This document shows positions 1 to 9,656 of a stretch of 45,649 bases of DNA, piece by piece (positions within the stretch are counted from its first letter, which is position 1; every line of letters begins with the position of its first letter). The notes below the pieces were generated by a model. That model was given only the letters and a program-made list of their open reading frames with translations. It was not told where the DNA came from and did not search any database. Location of the stretch: NCBI GenBank assembly GCA_036514475.1, contig DATBXD010000234.1:1-45649 (forward strand), given 5' to 3'. The stretch comes from Nitrososphaerales archaeon (GTDB taxonomy: Archaea; Thermoproteota; Nitrososphaeria; Nitrososphaerales; JACPRH01). The translations under genes were made by a program, and so were the position numbers.

Positions 1-144
1 CTGCGAACTCAGTATCGCCATGAGAGTCAGCCATGAAATACTTTATATTTCTTATATACGTACGGAAAGGTTGCATGAAATTGGGAGAGAGAATCATTCC
101 ACGTTACGTGGCCATCTACACGGCATGAAGATAAAGAAAAGAAA

Positions 145-1026
145 TTGTCCGAGCATCATAACCCATATGTTAGGAAGGCGGAAAAGATTGCGCTATTATC
201 CGCAGTCATCGTCTGCAGCATAGGCATTGCTGAACTCATCGTTGCGCAGATATCTGGAAGCATTTCATTGCTAGCAGATGGCATCGACGCCATCTCTGAT
301 GCAAGCGTAACAACAATAGTATGGATAGGCCTTAGAATAAGCCGTAAGAAAGCTAATAGCCTATTTCACTATGGTTATTATCGTGCAGAGAACCTTTCTG
401 CATTTCTAATCGCCATAATACTTGCAATAGTGAGCGGTCTAACATTTTATAATGCATATCTTAGATTCTTCTCACCAACTACGATAGAATCACCTACTAT
501 AGCTCTAGTAACCGCATTCACAGCGGGAACAGTATCATTGATCTTGGCATTCATTAAGAGAAACATAGCTATCAAATCGAACCTTCTCTCCCTTAAAGCA
601 GAGGCAACAAATGCAATCAAAGATGGCTCAGCATCCTTTATAGTCTTCTTTAGCATCCTCGCCTCTTTTCTAGGATTCACACAGATGGACTCAATTGGAG
701 CGATGATTGTAGCTGTATTAATTGCCACAGTGTCGATAACGATCCTAAAGCAAGCCACTCTCATACTATTAGATGCTTGTTATAATCCTGAAGTAGTTAC
801 TGAGATAAAACAAATGGTCGAGGATGTTGACGGTGTACGCCTGAAAACTATTAAGCTTAGACAAAGCGGGCCCTATTTAGTTGGTGAAATGATTATAACT
901 GTCAACCCAGACCTAACAGTAGCCAAACTGACCAAGTTAAAGGAGGAAATTCAGAATAAAGTAAAAAATAAGATAAAAGGATTAGAGACCCTCATAATTT
1001 CTGCGGAACCGGATACAGATAGATAA
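145..1026 (+). CDS. Cation diffusion facilitator (CDF) family divalent-metal efflux transporter
   Basis: 293-aa ORF with several hydrophobic helices followed by a soluble C-terminal domain. It carries a CDF signature region, DAISDASVTTIVWIGLRISRKKANSLFHYGYYRAENLSAF. Confidence 0.85.
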   Translation: MSEHHNPYVRKAEKIALLSAVIVCSIGIAELIVAQISGSISLLADGIDAISDASVTTIVWIGLRISRKKANSLFHYGYYRAENLSAFLIAIILAIVSGLTFYNAYLRFFSPTTIESPTIALVTAFTAGTVSLILAFIKRNIAIKSNLLSLKAEATNAIKDGSASFIVFFSILASFLGFTQMDSIGAMIVAVLIATVSITILKQATLILLDACYNPEVVTEIKQMVEDVDGVRLKTIKLRQSGPYLVGEMIITVNPDLTVAKLTKLKEEIQNKVKNKIKGLETLIISAEPDTDR

Positions 1027-1227
1027 CTCCAGCCGGTCTAATAGCAGTTAACCGTAAAATCCGATAGCAAGCATGCTGAATATATGCTCGGCTTCATTGA
1101 GTAATGTGCCAAAGCCTAAAAAGAGAATACAATTAAAAAACTTCATCTATAAAGATGCTAGCCTATCAAAAACAACAAGCAGAACCTAAAGATTAGGGTA
1201 AAGGCAAAATAGACCGTTGTTCTGCCT

Positions 1228-2259
1228 TTGAACTGGACGAATTTGAGGCTGATACTCTTAGGATACGGAGTAGTGGGGCAAAGCCTTACCGAAATATTCT
1301 CGGTAAGAAAAAAAGAGCTCCTCGAGCGTTACGGTATGCACCCAAGAGTAGTAGCGATAGTGGATAAGCGAGGTGCAGTTATCAACGCGAAAGGTCTGGA
1401 TTTAGATGAAGTTAGAAAGATGAAGAAAAAGCACGGAACTGTTGCAGCCGTTCCCGAGCAGGGAATACGTGGAGCTTCAGTTCTTAACATTATTGAACAG
1501 ACTGATGCGGAGGTTGTTGTTGAAGCTACTCCGACCAATCTAGAGACCGGGGAACCTGGTATGACGCATATAGAGACGGCTTTGAAAGCTGGAAAACACG
1601 TTGTAACAGTTAACAAAGGACCATTAGCACTCGCTCAACCGTCTTTAATGGAACTAGCAGTGTACAACGGAGTAAATCTAAGATTTAGCGGCACAGTCGG
1701 AGGAGGCACACCAATTCTTGATTTTGGAAGAAAATGTCTCTACTCTGACAAACTGTTATTTATCGAGGGGATTCTTAACGGAACAACCAATTTCATGCTC
1801 ACAGAAATGAATAAGAACAGCTTAACATTTGAAGAAGCTTTGCGTCTAGCTCAAGAAAAAGGTTACGCGGAGGCAAATCCTTCGCTAGACGTTGATGGGT
1901 TAGACACTGCAGCTAAACTAGTCATAATGGCAAATTGGCTTCTAGGCATGGAAGTAACTTTGAAAGATGTTTCTATAAATGGGATACGGAAAGTTAAGCC
2001 TGAAGACCTTAAAGAAGCTGGAGATAAAGGATGTGCTATCAAGCTAATTGGACAGATAAAGGATGGTTTAAAAGTGGAACCAACAGAAATTAGAAAAGAC
2101 GATCCTATTTGTATAGGTGGAACCCTGAACGCAGTAAAGTTCCACTCAGAATTTGCTGGAGACGAGATAATAATAGGAAAAGGAGCCGGAGGACTTGAAA
2201 CAGCTAGCGCTGTACTAAGAGACCTACTTGAAATAAGAGATAAGTTATCGGTGACCTAA
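1228..2259 (+). CDS. hom: Homoserine dehydrogenase
   Basis: N-terminal GxGxxG (LLGYGVVGQ) and catalytic-domain motifs FSGTVGGGTPIL and GILNGTTNFML. The track start is TTG 1228, and an in-frame TTG at 1243 is also possible. Confidence 0.9.
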   Translation: MNWTNLRLILLGYGVVGQSLTEIFSVRKKELLERYGMHPRVVAIVDKRGAVINAKGLDLDEVRKMKKKHGTVAAVPEQGIRGASVLNIIEQTDAEVVVEATPTNLETGEPGMTHIETALKAGKHVVTVNKGPLALAQPSLMELAVYNGVNLRFSGTVGGGTPILDFGRKCLYSDKLLFIEGILNGTTNFMLTEMNKNSLTFEEALRLAQEKGYAEANPSLDVDGLDTAAKLVIMANWLLGMEVTLKDVSINGIRKVKPEDLKEAGDKGCAIKLIGQIKDGLKVEPTEIRKDDPICIGGTLNAVKFHSEFAGDEIIIGKGAGGLETASAVLRDLLEIRDKLSVT

Positions 2260-2261
2260 CA

Positions 2262-3665
2262 ATGAGAATAATTGTCAAGTTCGGAGGAACTTCAGTAGGG
2301 AATTCACAAAGAATAAAGAACATAGCGAAAAGCATCAAGGAAATAAAGAAAGACAATGAGGTGGTGATAGTAGTCTCTGCACTTAACGGTGTCACAGATT
2401 CTTTGATAAAAATTGGTGAAAATGCGAGAACTGGACATCTAGATAGAGTGGCTATTGAACTCGAAGAAATAAGAAAAAGACACATCAAAAGCATTAAAGA
2501 AGCAATATCAAAATTGAATATAAAGAAAGAAGTTCTAGAAGAAACTAACGCAAATATCGATTATCTTGAAAAGATACTCGGAGGAATAAGCACTTTAGGC
2601 GAGATGACTCCCAGATCAAGAGACCAAGTTTTATCTTTTGGAGAGAGACTCTCAACACCGATAGTTTCAGGCGCTCTTAAAGACTTGAAACTAGTCGCGA
2701 AACATTTCACAGGAGGAGAAGCGGGCATTGTTACAGATGACATGTTCGGAGAAGCTAACCCTTTGATGAGCGTGAGCAAATTGAAGATTACAAAGACGCT
2801 AGAGCCCCTATTATCTAAAGGAATCATACCTGTCATTTCAGGTTTCATAGCATCTACTCAGAGAGGCGACACAACAACATTTGGTAGAGGAGGGTCTGAT
2901 TACACCGCAACCATACTTGGAGCTGCGCTCTCCGCAGATGAGGTGTGGATATGTACTGATGTAGATGGAATATTAACAGCAGATCCAAGAATAGTGAAAG
3001 ACGCTAGAACAATACCCCAGATATCCTATCCCGAAGCTTTGGAGATGACTGTTTTCGGAGCTAAGGCAATGCACCCCAGAGCATTAGAGCCTGCGATGGA
3101 GTACAAGATACCGGTTAGAGTTAAGAACACATTTAACATGACGTCACAAGGAACATTAATATCTCAAAGAAAAAGTATCGCAAAAGGAGAGATAGTTAAA
3201 TCAGTTGCAACTATTCGAAATGTTTCATTGATTAACATAGGTGGCGCAGGTATGGTTGGAAGACCAGGAATAGCTGCAAAGATTTTTGACATACTTTCAA
3301 GAGCTGGAATTAACATTCTGATGATATCCCAAAGCGTCTCTGAGGCGAATATTAGTATGATTGTGAGAAAAGATTATCTTGAAAAAGCCGTAAACACGTT
3401 GGAAATATCGCTACTTGGGAAAGGAGTAGCTGACCAAGTAAACGCTGAAGACGATGTAGGTGTCGTAGCTGTAATAGGCGCAGGAATGAGTGGTACTCCA
3501 GGGGTAGCAGCAAGGGTCTTCAAAGCCATAGCTGACAAAGGAATCAACGTGAGAATGATAGCTCAAGGTTCCTCAGAGCTAGATATCTCATTCGTGATAA
3601 AAGAAGACGATTGCGAAGAAGCCGTGAAAACTATTCACAACGAGTTCAATCTATCCAAAAGATAA
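2262..3665 (+). CDS. lysC: Aspartate kinase with two C-terminal ACT domains
   Basis: KFGGTSVG and GRGGSDYTA motifs, plus two ACT-like repeats (ISQSVSEANISMIV, IAQGSSELDISFVI). It starts 3 nt after the hom stop. Confidence 0.9.
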   Translation: MRIIVKFGGTSVGNSQRIKNIAKSIKEIKKDNEVVIVVSALNGVTDSLIKIGENARTGHLDRVAIELEEIRKRHIKSIKEAISKLNIKKEVLEETNANIDYLEKILGGISTLGEMTPRSRDQVLSFGERLSTPIVSGALKDLKLVAKHFTGGEAGIVTDDMFGEANPLMSVSKLKITKTLEPLLSKGIIPVISGFIASTQRGDTTTFGRGGSDYTATILGAALSADEVWICTDVDGILTADPRIVKDARTIPQISYPEALEMTVFGAKAMHPRALEPAMEYKIPVRVKNTFNMTSQGTLISQRKSIAKGEIVKSVATIRNVSLINIGGAGMVGRPGIAAKIFDILSRAGINILMISQSVSEANISMIVRKDYLEKAVNTLEISLLGKGVADQVNAEDDVGVVAVIGAGMSGTPGVAARVFKAIADKGINVRMIAQGSSELDISFVIKEDDCEEAVKTIHNEFNLSKR

Positions 3666-3713
3666 CTTTCAACTCATCTTTCAACCTGTATTCTTAAATA
3701 ATATTAATTTCTG

Positions 3714-4805
3714 ATGCAATTCATCAAGATGAAGAAGGCAGCTATTATCGGTGCAACGGGGATTGTAGGACAACAGTTCTTAACATCATTAAAGGGCCAT
3801 CCATGGATCAAAATCGAAGGGTTAGCAGCCTCCGAAAGGTCTGCAGGTAAGAAATATTCAGACGCCATTAAAGACAGTAGCACAGGAGCCTTCAGATGGT
3901 ACGTAAATGAAGAGCCTCCAGAAGAGTACTTAGACATAATAGTTGAAGACGCAGCAAGTCTAAACCCCTCAAAATATGATTTAGTTTTCACAGCAATAGA
4001 GTCAGATCAAGCCAAAACAATTGAACCAAAAGTAGCGGAAGAAACAGCCGTGATTAGCACAGCTTCAGCTTTCAGATACGAAGAGGATATCCCGATAATC
4101 ATCCCAGGAGTCAACTCTGAACACGTTAAGTTGATAGATATTCAGAAGAAAAACAGAGGCTGGGGTGGTTTCATAATTCCAATACCAAACTGTACTACAA
4201 CAGGAATGGCGATAAGTCTTAAGCCGATACATGATGAGTTCGAAGTAAAATCAGTTATAATGACATCTATGCAGGCTGTTTCCGGGGCAGGCAGAAGTCC
4301 AGGTGTAATTGCTCTTGATATTACAGACAACATCATTCCCTTCATACCTAAAGAAGAGGAGAAAGTTCAGATAGAAACTAGAAAAATATTTGGAACAATT
4401 CAAGGCAAATTAATAGACCCCGCTGAATTCAAGATAAGTTGCACATGTACACGCGTTAATGTTCTAGAAGCACATACTGAGAGTGTGTTTGTCTCGACAA
4501 GTAAGAAATGTGAGGTTGAAGAAGTGAAGAAAGCAATGAAAAAATACTCTGGCATCCTATCGAAAGAAGGCCTCCCATCAGCTCCTAAACAAATGATCAC
4601 TGTACATGAAGATCCTTTTAGACCACAACCACGTCTAGACCGTGACTCTCAAGGAGGCATGACAACAACCGTTGGCAGAATAAGGAAAGACAATGTATTA
4701 AAGAACGGTGTTAAGTACGTTCTTGTTTCGCACAACACAAAGATGGGAGCGGCGAAGGGAGCAGTGCTTGTAGCTGAACTTCTAATCAAACGTAAATACA
4801 TCTAG
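3714..4805 (+). CDS. asd: Aspartate-semialdehyde dehydrogenase (archaeal type)
   Basis: Rossmann motif IIGATGIVGQ, active-site Cys context PNCTTTGM, and SGAGRS. The likelier start is ATG 3729 (MKKAAIIG). Confidence 0.9.
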   Translation: MQFIKMKKAAIIGATGIVGQQFLTSLKGHPWIKIEGLAASERSAGKKYSDAIKDSSTGAFRWYVNEEPPEEYLDIIVEDAASLNPSKYDLVFTAIESDQAKTIEPKVAEETAVISTASAFRYEEDIPIIIPGVNSEHVKLIDIQKKNRGWGGFIIPIPNCTTTGMAISLKPIHDEFEVKSVIMTSMQAVSGAGRSPGVIALDITDNIIPFIPKEEEKVQIETRKIFGTIQGKLIDPAEFKISCTCTRVNVLEAHTESVFVSTSKKCEVEEVKKAMKKYSGILSKEGLPSAPKQMITVHEDPFRPQPRLDRDSQGGMTTTVGRIRKDNVLKNGVKYVLVSHNTKMGAAKGAVLVAELLIKRKYI

Positions 4806-4875
4806 AAATAAAGCGTTGCATGAAATATTCACATTTATCTTTAGAATTGTATAATATTCAAGTTTATTAACAACA

Positions 4876-4885
4876 TTTTATATAA
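4876..4885 (+). promoter_or_regulatory. Candidate archaeal TATA box for the Lrp/AsnC gene
   Basis: TTTTATATAA is centred about 27 nt upstream of ATG 4908. That spacing fits a leaderless transcript. Confidence 0.4.
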
Positions 4886-4889
4886 GCTA

Positions 4890-5366
4890 TTGGAGGAGAA
4901 TAAACCAATGATAAAAATTGACGAAATAGATACTAAGATACTCAACGTTATTATTAACGACGCCAGTATTTCGGTTCCTAAACTCAGTAAGAAAATAAAT
5001 GTTAATTCCTCAGTTTGTTACAGTAGAATTAAGAGACTTATCAAAAGAAAAATAATAAAGAAGTTCACAGTTGAAGTAAATGATGAGATTATCGGATATC
5101 AAGTAACTGCGTTAGTTGGTTTGAACACAGACACCAAGATGCGAGACGAAATATTGGAAAATTTAACAAAACTTTCAGAAGTTAGAGAGATCCGAGAAGT
5201 AACGGGAAGATTTGACGTCATGATTAAGATTAAAGCCCATTCCCTCAACGACTTACATAACATAGTTACAGGTAAGATTGGTAAAATAGACGGAATAATA
5301 AGAACAGAGACATTCATAGAATTAAAAACCATGGTAAAGGAAGTTGTGTTAGAACCTCAAGAATAA
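4890..5366 (+). CDS. Lrp/AsnC family transcriptional regulator
   Basis: N-terminal HTH (IDEIDTKILNVIINDASISVPKLSKKINVNSSVCYSRIKRL) plus a C-terminal RAM/AsnC_trans_reg-like domain. The likely start is ATG 4908. Confidence 0.85.
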   Translation: MEENKPMIKIDEIDTKILNVIINDASISVPKLSKKINVNSSVCYSRIKRLIKRKIIKKFTVEVNDEIIGYQVTALVGLNTDTKMRDEILENLTKLSEVREIREVTGRFDVMIKIKAHSLNDLHNIVTGKIGKIDGIIRTETFIELKTMVKEVVLEPQE

Positions 5367-5508
5367 TTAAATTACAATTTCTCTATTGATAATTATCCAT
5401 CATTTAATGATGAATAAGACCGCCCAAACCTCTTAAGTTTAGATTTTTCAGGCAGAATTTGTTTCGCCGAGTATCATTTTGGGAATTTATGCAACGATTT
5501 TCTCATAC

Positions 5509-6318
5509 CTAAAGATTATCGCGCCACATCACCCGTTGAGCAAACGGAATTTCTACACCAGCCAAATCTAACGCCTCTTTCACTTCTTGAACAACCTGAG
5601 TCTTCAATTTGAACCATACTGCTGAAGGAGCCCAAACGTGAATTGATAACTTTAAGGAATAGCCCCCAAGGTCATCCAAATAAACAAGTGGTTCTGGTTC
5701 AGACAAGATAAAGGGGTTTTCATCGAGTTTCTTCTTAATTATATCAATCACCTTAGATACGTCTTCTTTATAGGAGATTCCGACATCTACAATAATTCTA
5801 CGTGCAACGTGCTTTGAATAATTTAGTATCTTTGAAGTGAATAGTTTTTCATTTGGAATACGAGTGTTAACTCCATCGAAAGAACAAATATTAGTAGAGA
5901 AAACATTTATTGCAGTAACAACTCCCTGAATATCTGAATCAATCACTTTTATTGGATCACCTATAGCGAAAGGCTTCTCAATCTGCAGAAAAAAACCTGA
6001 AATGAAATTAGCAACAACTGATTGTGTCGCAAATCCAATTATTATGCCTAAGAATCCTCCTGCAAGAAGAGCGCCTGTAAAATCAACATGTAAGTATGAA
6101 AGAGCGGCGAGAACAGCGACGATTATTACGAAGTAGTTTACAATCCTTTGAAGTAGATAGGATGAGTTATTGGACATAGCTGTTGTTAAAACTTTTTTTG
6201 CAGATAGACTCACCATTCGTCCAATTACCCCCCCAACTGCTATAACCATCAACGCAATTATTAGCTGAATAACAGTAAATTCCACCCCTGGAATACTATA
6301 TTCGTACCATTCCATCAA
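5509..6318 (-). CDS. mscS: Small-conductance mechanosensitive channel (MscS family)
   Basis: Three N-terminal TM helices and the MscS beta-domain motif LQIEKPFAIGDPIKV. The likely start is ATG 6315, which overlaps the upstream gene's stop (TGATG). Confidence 0.85.
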   Translation of the reverse strand: MMEWYEYSIPGVEFTVIQLIIALMVIAVGGVIGRMVSLSAKKVLTTAMSNNSSYLLQRIVNYFVIIVAVLAALSYLHVDFTGALLAGGFLGIIIGFATQSVVANFISGFFLQIEKPFAIGDPIKVIDSDIQGVVTAINVFSTNICSFDGVNTRIPNEKLFTSKILNYSKHVARRIIVDVGISYKEDVSKVIDIIKKKLDENPFILSEPEPLVYLDDLGGYSLKLSIHVWAPSAVWFKLKTQVVQEVKEALDLAGVEIPFAQRVMWRDNL

Positions 6319-7076
6319 TAACCATACTCCATTAGAAACTTGTCTTTACCACTTAATCCAGTTCGTTCAAGAAGACCCAGCCTGAAACGCTTTAAAGCAT
6401 CAGAAGCAATTGGAGCCTCTTGCAGACCCGGTAACGGAGGCGTATTGTTAAGAAATACTTGCGCAGTTTTTTCATCATCAATAATCACTTTAGTGTCTTC
6501 CAAATACACAAGATCATCCTTAATGTAAAGATCTAACATATACGCATCCATAACAATTCTGTGAACGGACACCCAACTTGACGTTTGGTTTTCAAACTTG
6601 ACAAAGGCAATAGCTTCCGCATAAGGCAATGAACCAGATGAATTATTCAAATCCGAATTGTGAAAACGACAGATAAAACCTGACTCTGGGGGACCATATA
6701 AAGCATATTTTGGCTTTGAGATTGAGAAGAAGTCTAGTAGATGATCGCTAGTTTCAACTACTTTAGCTAACACACCAACTTCTATTGGAATAGTAAGAGT
6801 TAGAGAAATTTCTGATTTTGGAGGAAGAGAAAATGAAGGATTAATACAGATCATTACGTGTCGAGCTATTTGCTGAGGTACATTAATCGGCCTAAGAGGG
6901 GTAACAGATAATTTGGTTGCGTTGTTTGAAGTGAATATCTTCGATTCAATAATTTCACCGTCCCGCTCACGCCTATAAGAAAACATGTCACCAGATTTCT
7001 TTTCAACAATAATTCTTTCTTTATTAATATCAATTGCTAACCGGTCTTTCAAACTGTAGAGCCCAAATATACCCAT
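6315..7076 (-). CDS. Conserved hypothetical protein (possibly DUF432-like), coupled to mscS
   Basis: 253-aa uninterrupted ORF in an AT-rich genome with no TM segments. The region PKYALYGPPESGFICRF reminds me of archaeal DUF432, but this is from memory and unverified. Confidence 0.55.
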   Translation of the reverse strand: MGIFGLYSLKDRLAIDINKERIIVEKKSGDMFSYRRERDGEIIESKIFTSNNATKLSVTPLRPINVPQQIARHVMICINPSFSLPPKSEISLTLTIPIEVGVLAKVVETSDHLLDFFSISKPKYALYGPPESGFICRFHNSDLNNSSGSLPYAEAIAFVKFENQTSSWVSVHRIVMDAYMLDLYIKDDLVYLEDTKVIIDDEKTAQVFLNNTPPLPGLQEAPIASDALKRFRLGLLERTGLSGKDKFLMEYGY

Positions 7077-7153
7077 TCAAACCGCCTTTGCAATACGATT
7101 TCAATAATGGATGCTTAAAAAATTTTCAACAACACAGATTTGGAAATTAGAAT

Positions 7154-7501
7154 TTAACCTCCTGCTATTGGAGAGTAAATTGACAAATTATCTCGATCGC
7201 TTAGAAGAGTTTCTAAAGAATTCACCTTAGTCCCATTTAATATGATAATTGAGTGATCTCTAATTGCTGAAGCACCTTTTAGACCCAATTTTTCGCTAAC
7301 TAAACTCAGAAGATCTGAACAACAACTCCCTTTAGAGACTTTAAACACCATCTTTTTTCTAATAATTTTTTCATTAAAAATACCATTCACATCGACTGAA
7401 ACGGTTAGGAATTCCTTATAATCCAAGTCTCTTGTCAACAATCTCATTAAGCCCGAGTAATTCAAGCCGGTCCCTACTTGGCCATGACGTATTATGGTCA
7501 T
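7154..7501 (-). CDS. MoaD/ThiS-like ubiquitin-fold (beta-grasp) protein ending in Gly-Gly
   Basis: C-terminus ...ILNGTKVNSLETLLSDRDNLSIYSPIAGG-stop, with an N-terminal VSVDVNG strand. The real start is probably ATG 7447 or TTG about 7424, because the track start lies inside the AOR gene. Confidence 0.7.
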   Translation of the reverse strand: MTIIRHGQVGTGLNYSGLMRLLTRDLDYKEFLTVSVDVNGIFNEKIIRKKMVFKVSKGSCCSDLLSLVSEKLGLKGASAIRDHSIIILNGTKVNSLETLLSDRDNLSIYSPIAGG

Positions 7502-9410
7502 AACTCATAGCATTATAATAATCATAGACAAGGGAATCAATATCTACAATCACGCCTGCAGTTGGTCCAACCTTAAACGGAGGAACTCCTTTTAAAACAT
7601 CTGGCAACTTAAAAGACTTTGGATCAACTCCCTCAATAAGGTTAAACACCCACCTAGCTGTCTGAATTCTTTCGCCTATCGTAAGAACATCACTGCTGTT
7701 TAAGTCCCACCCTGTGGCAGCATTTACAAGTTCAAGCAAAGGGAAGTTAGGAACTAGCCCAATAGCCCCAAAATTGCAAAGCCCTAAACTATTAACAACG
7801 TGAGTAAAACCACTATAGGCCTTATGAATCTCTCCTTTCCCCGTGTACTGGTATCTACTGACTTTAGGAAAGTCAATGCCATTCAAAGGCAAGTCAGTAC
7901 CCATAGATTCTGCAAAAGCTGCTCCTCCAGGGGTATGCCGACCGGGTGCAGCATCTACCAGGTAGGTTGTTCCGAAGCTAGGGGAGGCACGAGGGTCGTG
8001 CATCGCTGGCTCTTCGCCACAAATGTGAATTGCGAGTTTATCAGACCCTTTACCTATTTTTTCAGAAGCTTGCTTTACACCGTCAGCTAAGACAGCGCCT
8101 AAACCTTCACGTTTTGCAATACTCTCAAGTAAATCAATAACAGTAGAAGGCTCCCCCCAAACTAAATCTAAACCACCAGTGTCACTAATACTTAGTAGTC
8201 CTTTTTCATAGCATTCAAAAGCGAATGCTATCGATGTTCCAGTTGATATCGTATCTAAGCCATATCTGTTACAAATATCGGAAGCTTTAATGATAGATTC
8301 CACATTATCATTAAGAAGCATTGGGCCGAAAGCAGCTAATGTTTCATATTCAGGTCTATGAACATTCTTCGAAGCGAATCTACCCGTTTTAACATCAACT
8401 AAAGCCCCGCAGCCTAAAGGACATGAAGAACAAGAATACTTTGATTTATCATATTTTGTGACGGAGTTGCCACTTATTTTTTTCGACATTGAAATAGGGA
8501 AATCACGAACCCCTACGCCCCCCCAATTTCTAACTGGTGAATCGCCGCTCTCAACGCATAGGGATAGACCGAGAGAAGTACCACTATTCCCGAAAGCCTC
8601 AACAGCCAATCCTGACCCCACCCGTTCTAATATCGATTCAATCTTTGAACCTAATATCCTAATAAAGACTGGAATGATAGGTTTGGAAATTCTTGCTCCG
8701 ATTAAAGATACTAGAGACGTTTTGTAAAAGTTTCTTATTCTGGAAGAAACAGCTTCAAACTCAGCTTCGTTCGCAACCGATATTTTCAAGTCGCCTCTGA
8801 CAGAAACAGCCTTTAAGCGTTTACTGCCCATCAAGGCACCAAGACCTGATCTTGCAGCTGCTCGTCCACCGTCAGTGATCACGCAAGATATTAGAGATTT
8901 CTTCTCACCTGCAGGTCCTATACAAGCTACTTGTGTAGAAGGTTCATGTAATTCTCTTTTGATCATGGACTCGGTTTCGAGAGTATCTTTACCCCAAAGA
9001 TGACTGGCATCTCTCAACTCAGATTTACCGTTTTCAATGTTAAGGTATACAGGTATTTCAGAGACTCCAGACACTAAGACAATGTCAAACCCGCTTTTCT
9101 TCATCATCGGGCCGAAATAACCACCGCTGTTTGCATCACCCCAACAGCCTGTCAAAGGAGATTTTCCGCAAACGCTAAAACGTCCACTGAAAGGAGCACC
9201 TGTTCCAGGAAGCAGCCCGGGTGAGAAAACTATCATATTCGCACCACTTAGAGGATTAGCTTTCACAGACTGCTTCTCAAGAATTAGCCGAGAAGCAAGC
9301 CCGTATCCACCTAAAAAGTCCTTGAAGACGCTTTCATCTATTTGAAATGTAGACAAGGCATTTCGTGATAAGTCAACTTCAAGACCATGTCCAATAAAAC
9401 CTTTGATCAA
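7416..9410 (-). CDS. aor: Tungsten/molybdopterin aldehyde:ferredoxin oxidoreductase (AOR family)
   Basis: 664 aa. It has an AOR N-domain (FKDFLGGYGLASRLI, SVCGKSPLTG, SGGYFG), a 4Fe-4S Cys context YSCSSCPLGCG, and C-terminal AOR domains 2/3. The start codon is TTG. Confidence 0.9.
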   Translation of the reverse strand: MIKGFIGHGLEVDLSRNALSTFQIDESVFKDFLGGYGLASRLILEKQSVKANPLSGANMIVFSPGLLPGTGAPFSGRFSVCGKSPLTGCWGDANSGGYFGPMMKKSGFDIVLVSGVSEIPVYLNIENGKSELRDASHLWGKDTLETESMIKRELHEPSTQVACIGPAGEKKSLISCVITDGGRAAARSGLGALMGSKRLKAVSVRGDLKISVANEAEFEAVSSRIRNFYKTSLVSLIGARISKPIIPVFIRILGSKIESILERVGSGLAVEAFGNSGTSLGLSLCVESGDSPVRNWGGVGVRDFPISMSKKISGNSVTKYDKSKYSCSSCPLGCGALVDVKTGRFASKNVHRPEYETLAAFGPMLLNDNVESIIKASDICNRYGLDTISTGTSIAFAFECYEKGLLSISDTGGLDLVWGEPSTVIDLLESIAKREGLGAVLADGVKQASEKIGKGSDKLAIHICGEEPAMHDPRASPSFGTTYLVDAAPGRHTPGGAAFAESMGTDLPLNGIDFPKVSRYQYTGKGEIHKAYSGFTHVVNSLGLCNFGAIGLVPNFPLLELVNAATGWDLNSSDVLTIGERIQTARWVFNLIEGVDPKSFKLPDVLKGVPPFKVGPTAGVIVDIDSLVYDYYNAMSYDHNTSWPSRDRLELLGLNEIVDKRLGL

Positions 9411-9656
9411 TTAGATTACCTTGTCTCTTCAATCCGAAAGATTACACATATTTATCTAATTCACTAATAATGAATTTTTCCAAATAATATATTTAACAAG
9501 TTGATTAGATTCATTAATTAAATAAAACAAGGTATCCATTATACATAGATAGATAACTTCTGGAGAATGTTTGATTCATAATGGTCTTATACACCCATTC
9601 GTAGTGGAAAACTAGATTATCTAATTAACATACGGTTGAATTAATTAGTATTGCGT

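Noticed and set aside
20-223. 67-aa ORF at the window start
   Set aside because: It overlaps the CDF transporter start out of frame, has an Arg/His-rich odd composition, and lies in the likely promoter/leader region.
1179-1225. Hairpin (GCAGAAC ... GTTCTGC) just upstream of the hom start, considered as an amino-acid riboswitch or attenuator
   Set aside because: It is only a 7-bp stem with a 33-nt loop and cannot be extended. It has no resemblance to lysine, SAM or other known riboswitch cores that I can recognise.
5398-5413. Palindrome CATCATT-T-AATGATG containing a C-box-like ATGATGA, considered as a C/D-box sRNA
   Set aside because: No D box (CTGA) or C'/D' motifs lie at an appropriate distance on that strand. 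It is more likely a bidirectional terminator or operator in the convergent lrp-mscS spacer.
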